Shown here: positions 26,163 through 26,200 of the stretch, one piece after another
Position numbering within the stretch: the first letter of the stretch is position 1
Layout of the letters: each line of letters starts with the position of its first letter
IMG/VR virus record: IMGVR_UViG_3300035164_000036
Span: 1 to 26,200 of that record
DNA: 26,200 nucleotides
Direction: 5' to 3' (one strand)
DNA from: a virus
Taxonomy: Duplodnaviria > Caudoviricetes
The notes under the pieces: model-generated
The model's input: the letters and a program-made list of their open reading frames with translations, nothing else
Told to the model about the DNA's origin: nothing
The model's database searches: none
Made by a program: the position numbers and the translations under genes

Positions 26163-26200
26163 TTACTGCCTATCATGTTGTCTATACTCAAGCACTGCTG
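26163..26200 (-). CDS. C-terminal end of an upstream late gene (...AVLEYRQHDRQ*), probably a tail protein
   Basis: Open frame from window edge to TAA 2 nt before the tail fiber ATG. Confidence 0.55.
   Translation of the reverse strand, partial: AVLEYRQHDRQ

Larger units (their letters stand above)
1..26200. mobile_element. Bacteriophage genome segment, T7-superfamily podovirus, HMO-2011-type-like
   Basis: Densely packed ATGA/TAATG-coupled genes; replication module (primase, helicase, PolA with DnaJ-like Zn finger, exo/endonucleases, RNR) on +, virion module on -; no host housekeeping genes. Confidence 0.9.

Noticed and set aside
1-26200. tRNA, structured ncRNA, intron or intein
   Set aside because: Intergenic gaps are under about 45 nt once small ORFs are added; polA, helicase and nrdJ are continuous with no intein motifs seen. 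Not checked with covariance models

Overview
The window is a 26.2-kb piece of a marine T7-superfamily podovirus, most consistent with the HMO-2011-type group (alphaproteobacterial hosts such as SAR116 or Roseobacter). That call rests on a family A DNA polymerase carrying a DnaJ-like CxxCxGxG zinc-finger insertion, a tyrosine recombinase just upstream of separate primase and helicase genes, and no phage RNA polymerase in the window. The + strand (1-14482) holds small early ORFs, then recombinase, HNH-AP2 endonuclease, primase, helicase, PolA, a putative SSB, a Cas4-like exonuclease, endonuclease I, DUF3310, MazG, a class II (B12-dependent) ribonucleotide reductase and small membrane proteins. 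The - strand (14475-26200) is a convergent late arm: tail fiber with S74 chaperone, putative adhesin, membrane/lysis proteins, a LysM-muramidase and large internal virion proteins. The most interesting candidates are an Acb2/Tad1-like helical-hairpin protein at the arm junction, a small membrane protein resembling cytochrome c oxidase subunit IV, an 11/22-residue-periodic Gln/Asn-rich putative ejection-tube protein, a pair of distant Cys-containing paralogs, and a run of SD-preceded +1-frame ORFs inside polA. All family assignments come from motif recognition by eye; no database search was run.
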